From positions 1 through 40,616 of the IMG/VR virus record IMGVR_UViG_3300045988_105999: 40,616 nt of DNA; one strand, written 5' to 3'. The stretch comes from a virus. Position 1 is the stretch's first letter. Each line of letters begins with the position of its first letter. The notes beneath the pieces were generated by a model. The model worked only from the letters and a program-made list of their open reading frames with translations. It had not been told where the DNA came from and ran no database searches. The position numbers and the translations under genes are program-made. Of the stretch, positions 39,652 through 40,616 are shown piece after piece.

Positions 39652-39802
39652 GGAACAGCCACAGAAACAGTGCGTAAAAAATTGCACCTATCGTTATCTG
39701 GCAAGGCAGAAGCAGTCTTTTCGCTATTCGCTTATGCCTTGCTATCCACTCATGGAGTTCCTCGGCGTTCATCTCATATGGACTCTTTCGCTTCCTTTTC
39801 AT
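39644..39802 (-). CDS. Small tail-anchored membrane protein, 52 aa (not in ORF track)
   Basis: AGGAGTAGGTGAAAGT RBS directly after the XRE gene. MKRKRKSPYEMNAEELHEWIARHKRIAKRLLLPCQITIGAIFYALFLWLFLM. Its 3' end overlaps the convergent 119-aa gene by 8 nt. Confidence 0.55.
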   Translation of the reverse strand: MKRKRKSPYEMNAEELHEWIARHKRIAKRLLLPCQITIGAIFYALFLWLFLM

Positions 39803-39810
39803 ACTTTCAC

Positions 39811-40005
39811 CTACTCCTTACTATCCAGAAAATACTCAATGGGTACATCGAAGTAATCTGAAAGGATTTTCAGCTTGTCCAGTTTTGGGTTGCTTCTTCC
39901 TGTCTTCCAGTCGGAAAGACAACTTTGCGGAATGCCTGTCTCTTTCGCAAGCGCGTACTGGGTCAGCTTTTTCTTCTTCATTAACTTTTCTATCTTTTTG
40001 TACAT
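39811..40005 (-). CDS. XRE/Cro-CI type HTH regulator, 64 aa
   Basis: AAAGGAGAGCGA RBS. KLTQYALAKETGIPQSCLSDWKTGRSNPKLDKLKILSDYFDVPIEYFL is a complete HTH_3 pattern. Confidence 0.85.
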   Translation of the reverse strand: MYKKIEKLMKKKKLTQYALAKETGIPQSCLSDWKTGRSNPKLDKLKILSDYFDVPIEYFLDSKE

Positions 40006-40027
40006 TCGCTCTCCTTTCTACCGTTTT

Positions 40028-40069
40028 TGTGGTATAATGTTTTTTGCCCGAAACGGGCGGAAAGAGAGG
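40028..40069 (+). promoter_or_regulatory. Promoter / 5' hairpin / RBS-like cassette, copy 2
   Basis: TGTGGTATAAT (40028-38), hairpin GCCCG-AAA-CGGGC (40046-58), GAAAGAGAGG (40060-69). Divergent from the XRE gene. Confidence 0.6.
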
Positions 40070-40372
40070 TGGTTGTTTTTGACAAACATTTTGAGTCCGC
40101 CCCGCACCATTAGCAGAGTATGCTCTGTCAAAATGTGGCGTAACGAGATAGGGTTAGCCCTCCTATCAACATCGCTGGGAATCGCGCAAAAATCCACGAC
40201 ACCATACTCTCGTTGCACTTGCTACGGGGCTTAAAAACCACGTGTCCACCATACGTAAAAAAGTGCAGTCGCAGAGGTGTGCGGTGCTATACGTATACAC
40301 TCTGCATTTCGACCTATGGTTATAAAGTTGGTGGCAAGTAGCACAATGTGATAGCACGCATTGTGCTTTTTT
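40045..40372 (+). ncRNA. Candidate ~330-nt structured transcript (or a 51-codon TTG-start ORF 40079-40234 with a long 3' UTR)
   Basis: Bounded by the promoter at 40028-38 and the terminator at 40340-72. Several long-range stems (ACATTTTGA/TCAAAATGT, CAGAG/CTCTG, GCAGAGGTGT/ACACTCTGC). No ATG ORF with an RBS. Confidence 0.4.
40340..40372 (+). terminator. Intrinsic terminator
   Basis: AGCACAATG-tgatagcacg-CATTGTGCT followed by TTTTT. Confidence 0.8.
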
Positions 40373-40402
40373 GTTCTCTTTCCATTCAAAACGCATTTAC
40401 GA

Positions 40403-40431
40403 TTGACACTATATCGCATTTGTGGTGCTAT
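40403..40431 (+). promoter_or_regulatory. Promoter of the XRE / recombinase-remnant operon
   Basis: TTGACA (40403-08), 17 nt, TGCTAT (40426-31) preceded by TGTGG (extended -10 family). Confidence 0.5.
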
Positions 40432-40517
40432 GAGCTTGTTTAACGAGTAAATTAAATACGATGCTACTGTTTTATCGCTTTCGCGTTTTTGTATTCTCAT
40501 TATAAATCACATTTGCG

Positions 40518-40616
40518 ATATTGTCAATGGTTTTTTATTGTATTTGCGATTTTTATGTGAGGGAAATATGAACGAGATATTGCTACGTATAGAAGCTTTG
40601 CGAAAAGCAAAAAAGA
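40518..40616. repeat. Terminal direct repeat, copy 2 (identical to 1-99)
   Basis: See copy 1. Confidence 0.95.

Noticed and set aside
39875-40500. Track ORFs 39875-40234 (+), 40018-40218 (-), 40166-40396 (-) and 40231-40500 (-) in the immunity intergenic region
   Set aside because: The plus ORF begins antisense inside the XRE gene, upstream of its only plausible promoter. The minus ORFs lack RBSs, cross a plus-strand terminator and promoter, and have odd compositions. The region is better explained as regulatory/RNA-coding.

Overview
The window is a complete, circularly closed dsDNA phage genome. Bases 1-99 recur exactly at 40518-40616, so the unique length is 40,517 bp. Coding density is very high and almost everything lies on the minus strand. 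Read from high to low coordinates, there are two minus-strand operons. (1) Early replication/recombination operon, 39089 down to 24133: Xis/Cro-like protein, Rad52/Sak-type annealase, YqaJ-type exonuclease, two NinB/Orf-like paralogues, replisome organiser, G39P-like loader, DnaB-type helicase, Holliday-junction resolvase, SSB, Lar-like protein, MazG-like pyrophosphohydrolase, two orphan DNA methyltransferases, an RHH plus PemK/MazF-like pair, and an ArpU/RinA-like late regulator. (2) Late operon, 20835 down to 1069: terS, a 526-bp ORF-free gap, two tRNAs, an ImmA/IrrE-like HExxH peptidase, terL, portal, scaffold, major capsid, tail and fibre genes (one collagen-like), an XkdX-holin-M15 endolysin cassette, and behind a terminator a 1,988-aa giant ORF. 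I recognise no tail tube, sheath or tape-measure set. I therefore infer a podovirus-like virion infecting a Gram-positive (Clostridia-like) host, supported by strong GGAGG RBSs and the Gram-positive lysis genes. Two plus-strand patches interrupt the layout. One is a self-contained cargo island (21034-24019) wedged between the late regulator and terS. The other is a decayed immunity/lysogeny region across the circular junction (39246-40616 plus 1-1035), with small XRE regulators and a serine recombinase reduced to its C-terminal half. The most interesting items are: the giant post-lysis ORF; a tRNA whose anticodon loop is 8 (or 6) nt rather than 7; the ORF-free terS-tRNA gap with a G4 motif; a late promoter followed immediately by an intrinsic terminator; a promoter-to-terminator unit of about 330 nt with no convincing ORF, which shares a promoter/hairpin/RBS cassette with a neighbouring gene; an orphan consensus promoter firing antisense into the cargo island; and exact short repeats at gene junctions, including a 12-codon ghost gene. 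There is no CRISPR array, rRNA, reverse transcriptase or intact integrase. All family names are from pattern recognition by eye, not from searches.
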